Notes: generated by a model not told the origin, from the sequence alone. DNA of 42,712 bases from Candidatus Fermentibacterota bacterium (GCA_016928395.1 JAFGKV010000276.1:1-42712); one strand, 5' to 3'. Counted from the stretch's first letter, positions 9,448 through 18,902 are shown. Program-made: numbers and translations.

Positions 9448-10374
9448 CTATTTCTCGATTTGAACGGCCATGAAATCTTCCGCGGCCTCCGTAACAGGGA
9501 AGATGGCTCGCGCCTCGGCTACGTGCCGTGCCGTTCCTCCCGATGCGGCATCATATCGGGCACTGAAGTGGGTCAGAATCAGCCGGCCCACACCGGCGCG
9601 CAGGGCGATCTGAGCGGCTTGCACGGCAGTCGAATGCCAGTGCTCGGGCGCTCGAGTGCGATCCTCTTCGGCAAAGGTGGCTTCGTGGATCAGCAGATCC
9701 GCCGAGGCGGCCAGCTCCACTGCTGCATCGCACGGCATCGTGTCCAGACACATGGCCACTGACGGTCCTCGTTGTGCAGGCGCGCACAGCTCGCCGCCCC
9801 GGACCTCGGTGCCGTCATCCAGGACGATCGTCTCCCCTCGCTTCAGGCGACCCAGGAGAGGACCATCGGGTACTCCTCGGGCCCGGGCGGCTGCCACATC
9901 AAGGGTGCCTGGCCGATCGGGTTCTTGGATCCGATATCCGAATGTTGGAATGCGATGTTCCAGCAGAGCACAGAACACGGAGTAGGCGGGCGCGCGATGC
10001 ACAAGCCCCGGCACGACCGCCTGAACCTCGATGGGGAAGGGTAGGTGGGTATGGCTCAAGGCGAGCACGGCGGTGAGAAACTCGCCCGCTCCCTCCGGGC
10101 CGAAGATGCGCATGGCCTCGTGGGTCGAGTGCAACCCCCGCGACGCCACCAGCCCAGGTAACCCCAGGATATGGTCGGCATGAAGATGCGTCAGGAACAC
10201 CTTCTTGATCCGCCCCAGCCTCACCGCATCGTTGCGCAGAATCTGGTGTTGCGTACCCTCACCGCAGTCGATGAGAAGCCATTCTGTGCATTTCGATGGC
10301 CGTATCGCGATGCTGGCGACATTTCGCTGTCGTGTCGGCATTCCCGAACTCGTGCCCAAGAAGACTACCTGCAT
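9448..10374 (-). CDS. rnz: Ribonuclease Z
   Basis: FLGTSSGMP, DCGEGTQ, THLHADH, GP-rich exosite, HEATF, THFSARY. Confidence 0.92.
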   Translation of the reverse strand: MQVVFLGTSSGMPTRQRNVASIAIRPSKCTEWLLIDCGEGTQHQILRNDAVRLGRIKKVFLTHLHADHILGLPGLVASRGLHSTHEAMRIFGPEGAGEFLTAVLALSHTHLPFPIEVQAVVPGLVHRAPAYSVFCALLEHRIPTFGYRIQEPDRPGTLDVAAARARGVPDGPLLGRLKRGETIVLDDGTEVRGGELCAPAQRGPSVAMCLDTMPCDAAVELAASADLLIHEATFAEEDRTRAPEHWHSTAVQAAQIALRAGVGRLILTHFSARYDAASGGTARHVAEARAIFPVTEAAEDFMAVQIEK

Positions 10375-10868
10375 CGGCGGCGCTCGTTTCGTGGCTCCCT
10401 CGCCGTGAACAGCATCTCTGTCCCCGACAAAGTAGAACATCGAACCCAATAGTCGAGATGCAACCACCTACCCATTGGCCACTGCCGGCATCCCACTCTC
10501 CCGCCTGAAAGAGGATGCGGGCCTACTACCTACTGCCGACTGGCTCGATCCTTCACCATACGACTCTTGCGTTCGCTCCACCTCGCCAGGTATCCGGCGC
10601 CTTCCCACCTTCCCCAGCCGCTACAAGATTTGAGATTCGCCCCCACGGGGCTGCTCTCCATTCCAAGTTCAGAATCGTCCAGGTCACGATCAAGGACTGG
10701 CATTGGATGTGGTTCAATCGAGCCGGGAGCCTTGTGTGGCCGGCTCTTTCGTCCAGTACGTTGACATCTCACCTACGTCCGTAGACTGGCTAGACTGGCC
10801 TGACACTATGCACTCTCGCAGGGGCGAGTCGTGGGCCTATCGAGGCGTGCGGCCCGTTGGCGTAGTTC

Positions 10869-11285
10869 CTATGCTCCTGCCATGATCCTCGAAAGCCGCT
10901 GTTGGGCTTTCTGGACGTCAGGATCATTCATGTAGGGCATCATCTTCCTGAAGACGCTCCCCATCTTCTTGCCCATCTCTTCGGCTCTCTGCTGCGACTC
11001 CTTCAGTTCGTCGGGCACGTTCTCCTTGTCCTTCAACTCAGGATACTTCTCGGAGAGTTCCCTCACTCGGGGCCACAGCTTCTCCATTCTGTCCGCATAG
11101 CTGTTCACGGCCTTGGCCACGTCCTTCGCGTCTTCGGCATCTTCAAGGTCGTCGACATAGGTTTCGGTGATTTCCACGAACTCCGCGTTCACCTTCTTCG
11201 CGTCCGCATACTTGCCGGAACAGCCACTCAACCATAGCGCAGGAATCACGAGACAGAGAACCAGCGGGAACTCGATCTTTCTCAT
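10869..11285 (-). CDS. Hypothetical helical lipoprotein
   Basis: Signal peptide with LSGC lipobox; GGAGG SD before MRKIEF. Confidence 0.75.
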   Translation of the reverse strand: MRKIEFPLVLCLVIPALWLSGCSGKYADAKKVNAEFVEITETYVDDLEDAEDAKDVAKAVNSYADRMEKLWPRVRELSEKYPELKDKENVPDELKESQQRAEEMGKKMGSVFRKMMPYMNDPDVQKAQQRLSRIMAGA

Positions 11286-11448
11286 TCTCAGCCTCCTCAT
11301 GCTCAGGGAGTTCCGATCGGCGGTGTCCCCGGACCGTGCGAAGACGTGTCGCGATACGCGAACCTACTGCACCGGTGGTCGGTTCCGCAACAGCGTTGAT
11401 GTCGCGGAGGTCTGCGGCGGGGGAGGGGCGATAGTCCGGCCAGTCTAC

Positions 11449-11526
11449 TCAGTCGTTCGCTGTCAGTGAGGCCTCTGGATGCGAGAGCACCCAGAGGCCT
11501 TACTGACAACTGAAAACTGACAACTG
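11449..11526. terminator. Long hairpin with heptamer-repeat arms downstream of the rSAM operon
   Basis: TGTCAGTGAGGCCTCTGG (11461-11478) / CCAGAGGCCTTACTGACA (11491-11508), 17/18 matched, closed by TGC-GAGA-GCA. Flanked by ACTGACA/ACTGAAA heptamers. Confidence 0.55.
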
Positions 11527-11572
11527 CGAGCGTTGCGCATGGGAAGGAAAGGAAGGAAACCTGAGAACTTGC

Positions 11573-12559
11573 CTACTCAGATGTGCCGCTGCAGATGGCC
11601 CGTCCGCCGTGAAGTGCCGTGCCGAGGATGCGCTCGCAGGCCTTGTCGTCGGTGTGGTAGCCCGACTTCTTCGTAGTCTTCTGCCGGAGCACCAGCACCT
11701 CGGCATCCTTGTTCGCCTGGTACTCACAGATCACCTTGGGCTGCAGGGGCATCTTCTTGTGCCACGCGGCGAGCCCAAAGCCGGGTGTGGCTGCCAGCAC
11801 GCAGTAGAAGTAGGGGTAGCTCGTCCCCTGGACGATATTGAGATTGATTTGCGCCTGGAGCCCGTAGAGTCCTTCCGGAGACGAGGGAAAGGCAACGGAG
11901 AATCGGGCGTCGACGGGCACCGACCCCTCACCCTTGCGGGCCAGAAGCAGTGCCGGCTGGAACACCTCGCCCTCCTTGCCGATCTTTGCGAATGCCTGGT
12001 GCATCTTGAGTATGATGTTCACCCGGATGGCCAGGTTAGGATGCTTGAGCATGAACCGCATACCCGTGAGCCAGAACAGCCACAGTATTACGAGGCCGTC
12101 CAATGCCACGATGAGCGCGACGCGCACGTCATCGCCCAGCACTCCAATACCCACGGACACCGCAATCACCAGAGCAGTGAGGACCACCAGCAAGGTGCAC
12201 CCCAAAGGGTTTGATGCATCGAAGGCATCGCGGTCCCACTCCTTGGCCCGCTTCCTGAGGGTCTCCAGCTCCCGTATGCGCTCGATGGACACGGGTTTCC
12301 AGGCGGGATCGATGTCGAAGGTTTTGAACCGGATCCGGCTGTCATATCCCCGCACGGCCACGAAAAGTGCGGCCGCAATGAGGAAAGGAAGGCCGGCCAG
12401 CGCATTCAGCGTGGCGATCTGCAGCGCACACGCAGCAACGGACAGAAGCAGCCCGATGAGCATCCGGCGGCTGTAGGGCAGGTCTTTGGCGACATAGAAC
12501 CGGATGCTGTCGTGCTCCTTCCCGGCAAGCGGGCTCTGTGATGCAGGGGTGGCGCTCAT
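11573..12559 (-). CDS. Hypothetical membrane protein (4 TM plus soluble C-terminal domain), third gene of the rSAM operon
   Basis: Two TM hairpins; ATGA overlap with the upstream rSAM stop. Confidence 0.8.
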   Translation of the reverse strand: MSATPASQSPLAGKEHDSIRFYVAKDLPYSRRMLIGLLLSVAACALQIATLNALAGLPFLIAAALFVAVRGYDSRIRFKTFDIDPAWKPVSIERIRELETLRKRAKEWDRDAFDASNPLGCTLLVVLTALVIAVSVGIGVLGDDVRVALIVALDGLVILWLFWLTGMRFMLKHPNLAIRVNIILKMHQAFAKIGKEGEVFQPALLLARKGEGSVPVDARFSVAFPSSPEGLYGLQAQINLNIVQGTSYPYFYCVLAATPGFGLAAWHKKMPLQPKVICEYQANKDAEVLVLRQKTTKKSGYHTDDKACERILGTALHGGRAICSGTSE

Positions 12560-13878
12560 GACACGTTCCTCCCTACGGCCGCGATGGCCGGTTCGATCTC
12601 GTCATAGTCGTGGGCATGGAAGTACAGGGGGCATGCCCCCTGGCACAGGGCAAACTCAGGGCACGGCCTGCACAAGGGATGTGCTTCGCGTTTCTCCCTG
12701 ATGTGCCGGGTTCGGGGGCCGAACCAAATGCGGCTGAACCCATCCTCGAGAATGCTGCCCAAAGGTTCGGGCCAACTGGAACACGGCAAGACCTGCCCGG
12801 AGGGATCGATGGAGAGCAGCCCTTCGCAGGCTGCGCAACTCTTATTGCCCAGCCCCTGCTGGACAGGGTTGAACAGGCAGACGGGAATCGGGGAGTACCA
12901 CATGAAGTGAATGCTCTCCGACCGCGCCGCTGCCACGATCTCTGGCAGGAGGGCTGCGGCCTCGCGATAGGTGGTTGCTAGCTCGGGGTCGATCCCCCTT
13001 CCGGCGGGGATCACCAGGTTTGCCGAGCATCGCGTCGCCCCAAGGCTGCGGGCAAAGGCAGGAAGCAGGGTCGCGGTGTCCAGGTTCATGGCGCACAGTG
13101 TCGTATGCGGATGGACATGCACGCCGGCCTCCTGGAGGGCATGAAGCCCGGCCACCGATGCGGCGTGAGCCCCGCCTTGCCCCACGATCCGGTCATGGAT
13201 CGCCGGTTCCGGCGACTCGATGCTCACCTGGGCCGATGCAAGCCCGCGTTTCTTCAACGTTGCAGCCACGGCTCTATCGATGAGGGTTCCATTGGTGATG
13301 AGGTTGACTCGCATGTCAAGGGAGCGGGCATAGGCCACCAGGTCAGGGAGATCCGGCCGAAGCATGGGTTCTCCGCCGGTGAATGAGACGCTGGGAACCT
13401 CGGCATCCTGCCGGATGATGCGGAGGACATCCTTGACGGTCTTTGTATCCATCTCGGCTTTTGGGGCCGGTTCGCTCACGTGACGGCATGCCGCATAGCA
13501 GAATTGGCATCGGAGATTGCATCGGAAGGTCAGGGAAATCTCCGAGAGGATGGGCAACTCAATGTAACCCAGTGCAAAGGGTGACCGCCGAATGGCCGGC
13601 GACCAGTGTTCGTCGGACAACTCATCGCTCAAGACCCGGGACAGGTCAGTGAAAAACACCGCCAGGTCGCGAGAGACATTCCCGTCACCGTCGTGACGGA
13701 TGATGTCGGCGATACTCCCGCCGGCGAGGAGATGGTGAAGGGTGCGGGCACCCGTTCTGTTCAGCCTGAACGCCTGATTGGGCATGCGGATGAGCACATT
13801 GTCAGTCAGGCGAACGTGGACATAGGGCCGGATAGAATCTATGAATCCGTCGACCCACTCCAGGGCCGCAGTCTCCAT
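12556..13878 (-). CDS. Radical SAM/SPASM peptide-maturase-like protein with N-terminal PqqD/RRE-like domain
   Basis: CNLRCQFC, TGGEP, ITNGT. SPASM: CAAC..SIDPSGQVLPC..CRPC..CQGACP. N-terminal LNRTGARTLHHLLAG resembles the RRE wHTH. ATG overlaps the upstream stop (TGATG). Confidence 0.9.
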   Translation of the reverse strand: METAALEWVDGFIDSIRPYVHVRLTDNVLIRMPNQAFRLNRTGARTLHHLLAGGSIADIIRHDGDGNVSRDLAVFFTDLSRVLSDELSDEHWSPAIRRSPFALGYIELPILSEISLTFRCNLRCQFCYAACRHVSEPAPKAEMDTKTVKDVLRIIRQDAEVPSVSFTGGEPMLRPDLPDLVAYARSLDMRVNLITNGTLIDRAVAATLKKRGLASAQVSIESPEPAIHDRIVGQGGAHAASVAGLHALQEAGVHVHPHTTLCAMNLDTATLLPAFARSLGATRCSANLVIPAGRGIDPELATTYREAAALLPEIVAAARSESIHFMWYSPIPVCLFNPVQQGLGNKSCAACEGLLSIDPSGQVLPCSSWPEPLGSILEDGFSRIWFGPRTRHIREKREAHPLCRPCPEFALCQGACPLYFHAHDYDEIEPAIAAVGRNVS

Positions 13879-15560
13879 CAATGGCCTCCACCGCTTACGC
13901 AGGCGGAGTGACACGCCGAATGGCAGGCGGAGTGGCACGCGGAGTGACAGGCGGAGTGGCAGGCCGAATGGCAGGCGTCATGGCAGGCGGCATGGCATGC
14001 CTGGATACCGCCCAGATCCCGGGCTACCTGCGCGAAGGAGATGGCATCCGGATTCACAGGAAGAGATGCCTCGAACTCATAGTCGTGCCGGGCAGGGTCG
14101 AAACGATCCCCCTGATGTGCCGATGCGTGATACCAGTACCACCAACTCCGTTCGGGATGACTGTCGTACACCGGGCCGTCATCGACCATGGTCTGTTCCT
14201 GGCTCGTGGGCCGGCCTGCGTCGCGCATGGTACGGCCAATCTTGTCGCCATAGAAACGCTTGGTGGCCTCGATGTCGCAATCCCACGCCTTTTCCTGCAC
14301 GGTGCGCACCATCTTCTGCAGGAGCTCCTCCAGTTCGGCGGTGCTGAACTGCCCATCGTCCTTGGCGGCCTGAAGCAACGTGTATTCGTGGGGGCCAAGG
14401 CTGCTGAGTGATTCCGGGGCGGGGCGGGCGACCTCGACGATCAGCGGATCGCGACTGATGACGGTGATGAAGCCCCGGGCCGCCAGGTGCGAGAGCATGG
14501 TGGAGAGGATCTGCTTGTAGGGTACGCCGAGAAACAGCGCCGCCTCGACGGGGTCGAGGGTGTCGGCCACCTTCCCAGGCTTGCGGAACGACGCAAGCTC
14601 GATCACGGGAGGTTCCCAGTCTTCCCGTACCCATCGGACGTCGTCCAGTTGCTCATGCGCCTTGCCAAGAGACCGGTGCTTGCCCCTCACTACGAAGGCG
14701 CCAAACCCAAGTAGTGCCACCATGGCAACCGCAAGAACCTGCCTGGCGCGGCGGGGGTCAGACACCGCGGCAGTGGAGGATGAGCTCTCGTCAGTCTCCA
14801 GAGCGGTTCGAGGCACAGATGCTTCCCGATCCCGAAGCCCCGGGAAGACCTCCGCGTGCACATACTGCTGGATCCTGAAGTCATAGCGGGAAGAAGGCCG
14901 ATTCTTGTGCAGCAGCACCTGGATCCGTTGCTCGTCTTGGACGGCGACCACCCGGTAGTCAATGAGATACTCCTTGTTCATCCATGACTCGGTCGCAAAT
15001 CCCCGGTCAAGCAACGCGCGCTCTACGGCGGCGCGGGAACCGTCTGCATCGGCGTAGGGGATAGGGTAGGTCACGCGTACGGTGTAGTGATCCATGGATT
15101 CGTCCCACTGGGTGGGCGACCAATGAAGCACCACAAGGTCGTGGCCATCATCCGTGGTGGTGGGCGCGAGGTAGCCCGCGATGGCCATGTCGGCAGCGAA
15201 GCGGAATCGGTAGGTGACCTCGCCTGAGGAGACGCCCTGGTCTCCCGCAAGGATGATATCCCACTGGCCGGATCTATAGGGTGTGATGTCAAGGCCATAT
15301 GTTCGCCCCTGGCTGTCAATGGCCGATGCGTGCTCGGTGTCGAATACCGGTTGCAGGAGACCCACGCCGCCGAAGTAGAATCCATGGAACTCGCCGGAAC
15401 GAACCTCGTAGCGCACCACATATTCGAGGACAGCCTGACCATCGGGGAAGAGGGTTACGTCGGTCTCCACGAAGCGCAATGATCCGGTGCCCGCCGAGGC
15501 GGGACCGGTCAGCCAACAGACGACGGCAAGGGTGAGAGCGAGCCGGTGTCGATGGGTCAT
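13878..15560 (-). CDS. DUF2207-like membrane protein with C-terminal (ACHx)n Cys/His repeat tail
   Basis: Sec signal peptide, beta-rich N-domain (DVTLFPDGQAVLEY; LHWSPTQWDESMDHYTVRVTYP), single TM (VLAVAMVALLGFGAFVV), C-terminus ACHAACHD(ACHS)6ACVSGGGH. AGGAG SD. Confidence 0.85.
   Translation of the reverse strand: MTHRHRLALTLAVVCWLTGPASAGTGSLRFVETDVTLFPDGQAVLEYVVRYEVRSGEFHGFYFGGVGLLQPVFDTEHASAIDSQGRTYGLDITPYRSGQWDIILAGDQGVSSGEVTYRFRFAADMAIAGYLAPTTTDDGHDLVVLHWSPTQWDESMDHYTVRVTYPIPYADADGSRAAVERALLDRGFATESWMNKEYLIDYRVVAVQDEQRIQVLLHKNRPSSRYDFRIQQYVHAEVFPGLRDREASVPRTALETDESSSSTAAVSDPRRARQVLAVAMVALLGFGAFVVRGKHRSLGKAHEQLDDVRWVREDWEPPVIELASFRKPGKVADTLDPVEAALFLGVPYKQILSTMLSHLAARGFITVISRDPLIVEVARPAPESLSSLGPHEYTLLQAAKDDGQFSTAELEELLQKMVRTVQEKAWDCDIEATKRFYGDKIGRTMRDAGRPTSQEQTMVDDGPVYDSHPERSWWYWYHASAHQGDRFDPARHDYEFEASLPVNPDAISFAQVARDLGGIQACHAACHDACHSACHSACHSACHSACHSACHSACVSGGGH
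13893..14000 (-). repeat. Nine 12-bp coding repeats encoding A-C-(H/V)-x
   Basis: 108 nt = 9 x 12. Synonymous codon variation between units (TGC/TGT, TCC/TCG, CAC/CAT, GCC/GCG/GCA). Confidence 0.95.
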
Positions 15561-15913
15561 GGTGTTACTCCTAGTCGTGATGAGATCCTCGCCGATATGA
15601 GTAGTGGCGCGGGTGCCGGTGCGCGCGGGTCATCCACACGTCAGGGAGCCTGCGCTTCTGATCACGTTGAGACCGTATGTAGTGAACACCGCGAGGGATT
15701 CGTCCGCACCATCGGCATCACAGGAAACTTATCGGTCGCGGGAGATTCCTTCCAGTGTGCGATCTTCTTCCTTGCTTTTGGAGGGATCGACGGCCGCGAC
15801 TGCCTCGAAAGTGCTATCGTCGCGGGACTTTGACGTGGCCAGTCTGCAACATCCCTGTTCGAGAGTACACGCAAAGCTCGTACTCGTCCACCTACTTGGA
15901 TTCTATGCTCGCC

Positions 15914-15948
15914 GATTACCATTACGACAACGATACCGATACCGATCC
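15914..15948 (+). repeat. Hexamer-like repeat GATTAC/GACAAC/GATACC
   Basis: gattaccattacgacaacgataccgataccgatcc, which reads DYHYDNDTDTD. Confidence 0.5.
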
Positions 15949-16216
15949 CGAGCTAGCCGGCAGGCAACCAGGGGCGGTCGCCCCAACGAGGCAACGGTTC
16001 CTCGCATGGCCCGCCCGCTGCGCCGCATACTCTCACCCTCGAGAAATCTGAGTGCGCCCCGCGCCCTCAGAGGCCATAGTAAACCCTGAACCCCTTCTCG
16101 GATCAGGGGTCACCGGGCCGAGGGCGGGCTGCTGCGGCACTCCCCCTCCACGTCTATCCTCCATGCTCAAGCTATGCACGGGCCGGCTCAGTTCAAGCCA
16201 GAGACCGCACGGTCGT

Positions 16217-17158
16217 CTAGTGACGGAGGACCATCAGCATCGCGGCCGCGCTTGCGGCGACAGCGATGCTGCCGGCTAGCAGCTGGATGAGGCGCGAGTT
16301 ACGATGAGTGAGGGTGTGGAGCCAGCCGAGGGCAAGACCTGCGAGAAGCCCGAACAGATGAGCTGACAGGTCCGTGCGAGGCCCCGTGCCGAGGAAGCTG
16401 AGAAACGCCAGTGCGGCTGCCAGAGGTGCCCATGATCGAAGCCGGGGCGCTGCGGCCGCTCGATGTTCCACGAACCGCCGTGCCGCCAGGATGCCTACTG
16501 CGGCGAACACTGCGGTGGATGCACCGATGGACAGCCTATATGTGTTGTGGGTCACTCCGTTGAGTGTATTGCCGACTGCTCCAGCCGCCAGAATGAGCAG
16601 GGCGCCCACACCGGGGCCGGTGCCGGCCGCAACCCCGGATCCCAGGACGGCAAGGGCAACGGCGTTGCCCGCTAAGTGCTGGACATCTGCATGGATGAAC
16701 AAGGCGGTGACGCATCGGTGGAATTCACCGCGGCGCAGCAGATATCCTGAGATTCCCCCACGACGGATCACCGAGTCGTGACCCTGCCACAGGGTAATGC
16801 CATGGGCCACTATGATCAGCAGAGCGAAGACGATGCCCGCGTGGGACCATTGTGCGGGGCGGTTCGCTGCCCGGAAGGCGGATTCGCGGGAATGATCTCG
16901 AATGGCCCGGATGGCCAGATGCGATTCCAGAAACGGCACCTCGATCGTCCACTGGCCATCATCCTTGGATGCCCGCGACGAGATTCCAGAGGCCGCCAAG
17001 AGGGCCGAAATGGTCTCGACAGCCTTTTCCGACGTCTCACGGGCAACGGTGACCATGGCGAGTGCTGCTGGTCTATCCCCGGCAGAGAAAACCGGAGGAG
17101 GGCCACCGTCGATTTCGGGGCGGCGTGGAGGCCGGGGGGAGAGGCCTTCGGGCCTCAC
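16217..17158 (-). CDS. Rhomboid-family intramembrane serine protease
   Basis: TALFIHADVQHLAGN, catalytic SIGASTAVF and AHLFG; multiple TMs. Start uncertain. Confidence 0.88.
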   Translation of the reverse strand: MRPEGLSPRPPRRPEIDGGPPPVFSAGDRPAALAMVTVARETSEKAVETISALLAASGISSRASKDDGQWTIEVPFLESHLAIRAIRDHSRESAFRAANRPAQWSHAGIVFALLIIVAHGITLWQGHDSVIRRGGISGYLLRRGEFHRCVTALFIHADVQHLAGNAVALAVLGSGVAAGTGPGVGALLILAAGAVGNTLNGVTHNTYRLSIGASTAVFAAVGILAARRFVEHRAAAAPRLRSWAPLAAALAFLSFLGTGPRTDLSAHLFGLLAGLALGWLHTLTHRNSRLIQLLAGSIAVAASAAAMLMVLRH

Positions 17159-17161
17159 CTG

Positions 17162-17488
17162 TCAGGAGACCCGTGACCCCGTCGGTACGGCGGTCATTGG
17201 AGCAATCAATACCGGAGTGTTGCTCTGGGGATCCAGGGCTGCCAGGAGCATGCCGCACGACTCGATGCCCCGAATGCGTGCCGGCTGGAGGTTGGCCACC
17301 AGGACGATTTGCTTTCCTGCCAAATCCTCGGCAGGGTACGCCTGGGCGATGCCGGCCACTATGGTTCTCGTGTCCGAGCCGGTGTCCACCACGAGCCGAA
17401 GGAGTCTGTCCGCGCTGGGAATGGGCTCGGCAGACATGACGGTCGCGACCACCAAGTCCAGCTTCTTGAAGTCGTCGAAGGAGATCAC
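17162..17488 (-). CDS. Stand-alone tRNA-binding OB-fold protein (Trbp111 / MetRS C-terminal-like)
   Basis: ISFDDFKKLDLVVA, RTIVAGI, VANLQPARIRGIES.GMLL. GTGA overlap with the rSAM stop. Confidence 0.88.
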   Translation of the reverse strand: MISFDDFKKLDLVVATVMSAEPIPSADRLLRLVVDTGSDTRTIVAGIAQAYPAEDLAGKQIVLVANLQPARIRGIESCGMLLAALDPQSNTPVLIAPMTAVPTGSRVS

Positions 17489-18597
17489 GAGGCCTCCCGT
17501 TGGGGCAGGGGCGCAGCACCCTGGGTTTCACGGGATATGCGGGCACGGCGGACCTCGTCCATCAGCCGGGCGCGATGGCAGGCGGTTTCATATGCCGCCA
17601 GAGGGTCGCCTTTCTCCAAGGCTGCGGTGGCGGGACAACGGAAGCACAGCGGTAGGAGCTCACATTCCCGGCATTCGGGCGCGCTCTTGCGCCGGGCAGC
17701 CCGCAATTCCAGCATCACCGGGGAGTTGGCCCAGATGTCGGCAAACCGCTGAGTACGGAGGTTTCCCGCCGACCATGGATACTGCATGCAGGGGAGCACG
17801 TCGCCGTTCCACGAAATGTCGCAGAAGCTGACACCTGCCCTGCACATGTAGCCATTCAAACGGTCTTCCCGGTTTTCCTGGAGCTGCACATTGTCGAAGG
17901 AGAGAGAACCGGGTCCTAACGTGGGATCGGCAACCAGCTCCTTGAATTGATCATCGGTCAAGGCCATCTCCAACGTGTCAATGCTGCCGTCATTCCGACT
18001 GCTGACTGTCGGGTCAAGGGAGAAGGGAATGCCCAGATCCCGAGCCATGGCGACGATCTGCGGGTACTCGTGGAAGTTGGCCTGCATGAGCAGAGTCTTG
18101 ATGCGGGTCTTGACGCCCGCTTCCTTCAAGAGATGAATAGCGTGGGTAGCGCGGGCGAAGGAGCCCTTGCTTTGGGTAATCCCGTCGTGGGTAGCCGGTT
18201 CGGCGCCGAGAATGCTAATGCTTACCTGCCATACCGCCAGCTCGCGGAGCCGCCGGGCCGTGGCGGGGCCGATAAGCGTGCCATTGGTGTAGATCTCGAT
18301 GTTGAAGGTTTTCTCTCGGGCGTGCAAGACAAGCTCCAGGAAGTCGCTCCGAATGAACGGTTCGCCACCGGAGAACGTAAGGCGCAGAGCGCCGGCATCG
18401 GCAAGTTGGTTCAGCGCGTCCTTTGCATCTTCCGTGGTGAGCTCGTCCGCATGAGACTCACGGTGACCGACCACATAACACATCGAGCAATCCAGATTGC
18501 ATCGCCGGGTGATCTCGAAGATGACATCATGGGGTATTGACCGGGAGGCCACCTCGCGGTTTGCCCTGAACAGCAGAGGGATTCTCGATTCCGACAA
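17485..18597 (-). CDS. Second radical SAM/SPASM protein
   Basis: EITRRCNLDCSMCY, SGGEP, YTNGT. SPASM: CRAG..DISWNGDVLPC..CREC..CFRCP..C. Confidence 0.9.
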   Translation of the reverse strand: MSESRIPLLFRANREVASRSIPHDVIFEITRRCNLDCSMCYVVGHRESHADELTTEDAKDALNQLADAGALRLTFSGGEPFIRSDFLELVLHAREKTFNIEIYTNGTLIGPATARRLRELAVWQVSISILGAEPATHDGITQSKGSFARATHAIHLLKEAGVKTRIKTLLMQANFHEYPQIVAMARDLGIPFSLDPTVSSRNDGSIDTLEMALTDDQFKELVADPTLGPGSLSFDNVQLQENREDRLNGYMCRAGVSFCDISWNGDVLPCMQYPWSAGNLRTQRFADIWANSPVMLELRAARRKSAPECRECELLPLCFRCPATAALEKGDPLAAYETACHRARLMDEVRRARISRETQGAAPLPQREAS

Positions 18598-18617
18598 TCA
18601 AATCTCCAAATGAAGTA

Positions 18618-18902
18618 TCACGTATTATTCGATAGAACGAGAAGGCGAAGCTTGTCAGAGGAGAGATTGGTCACAAACTCTAAAACATCATTCTCGGCCT
18701 GGGTATCTTCAACCTCGAATTCGCCACATATTGATTCGATGATTGAGCGAACCGTGGTGGCTCCATCAGCCAGTTCCCAGATACGTGTACCCACTTCATC
18801 AAGAGAATGAAGCATGCTGTCTTCGGCAGAGATGAGAATTGCTTCGCCGTCAATCACGCGCCATGCGACGTCTTTGTTTCTGGCCACGACTTTATCCAGC
18901 AT
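18618..18902 (-). CDS. Stand-alone PqqD-family (RRE) peptide-binding protein
   Basis: VAWRVIDGEAILI..LDEVGTRIWELADG..TV..I...IC.EFEV....AE.DVLEFV..L. Confidence 0.9.
   Translation of the reverse strand: MLDKVVARNKDVAWRVIDGEAILISAEDSMLHSLDEVGTRIWELADGATTVRSIIESICGEFEVEDTQAENDVLEFVTNLSSDKLRLLVLSNNT

Noticed and set aside
13879-13938. Extended N-terminus of the rSAM ORF (start 13938) or Sec read-through of the TGA at 13878-13880
   Set aside because: An ATG overlapping the TGA (TGATG) gives a simpler translational-coupling start at 13878.
13893-14000. Multiheme cytochrome c reading of overlapping CxxxCH motifs
   Set aside because: The motifs share cysteines, are not canonical CxxCH, and lie on the predicted cytoplasmic side; no maturation genes nearby.
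13893-14000. CRISPR-like or VNTR array
   Set aside because: Contiguous 12-nt in-frame units with no spacers and synonymous variation; no cas genes in the window.
15600-16050. Four-helix-bundle (IVS protein) gene remnant suggested by VRE..DYHYDNDTDTD
   Set aside because: Similarity upstream of the repeat is too weak to call; recorded only as a repeat.
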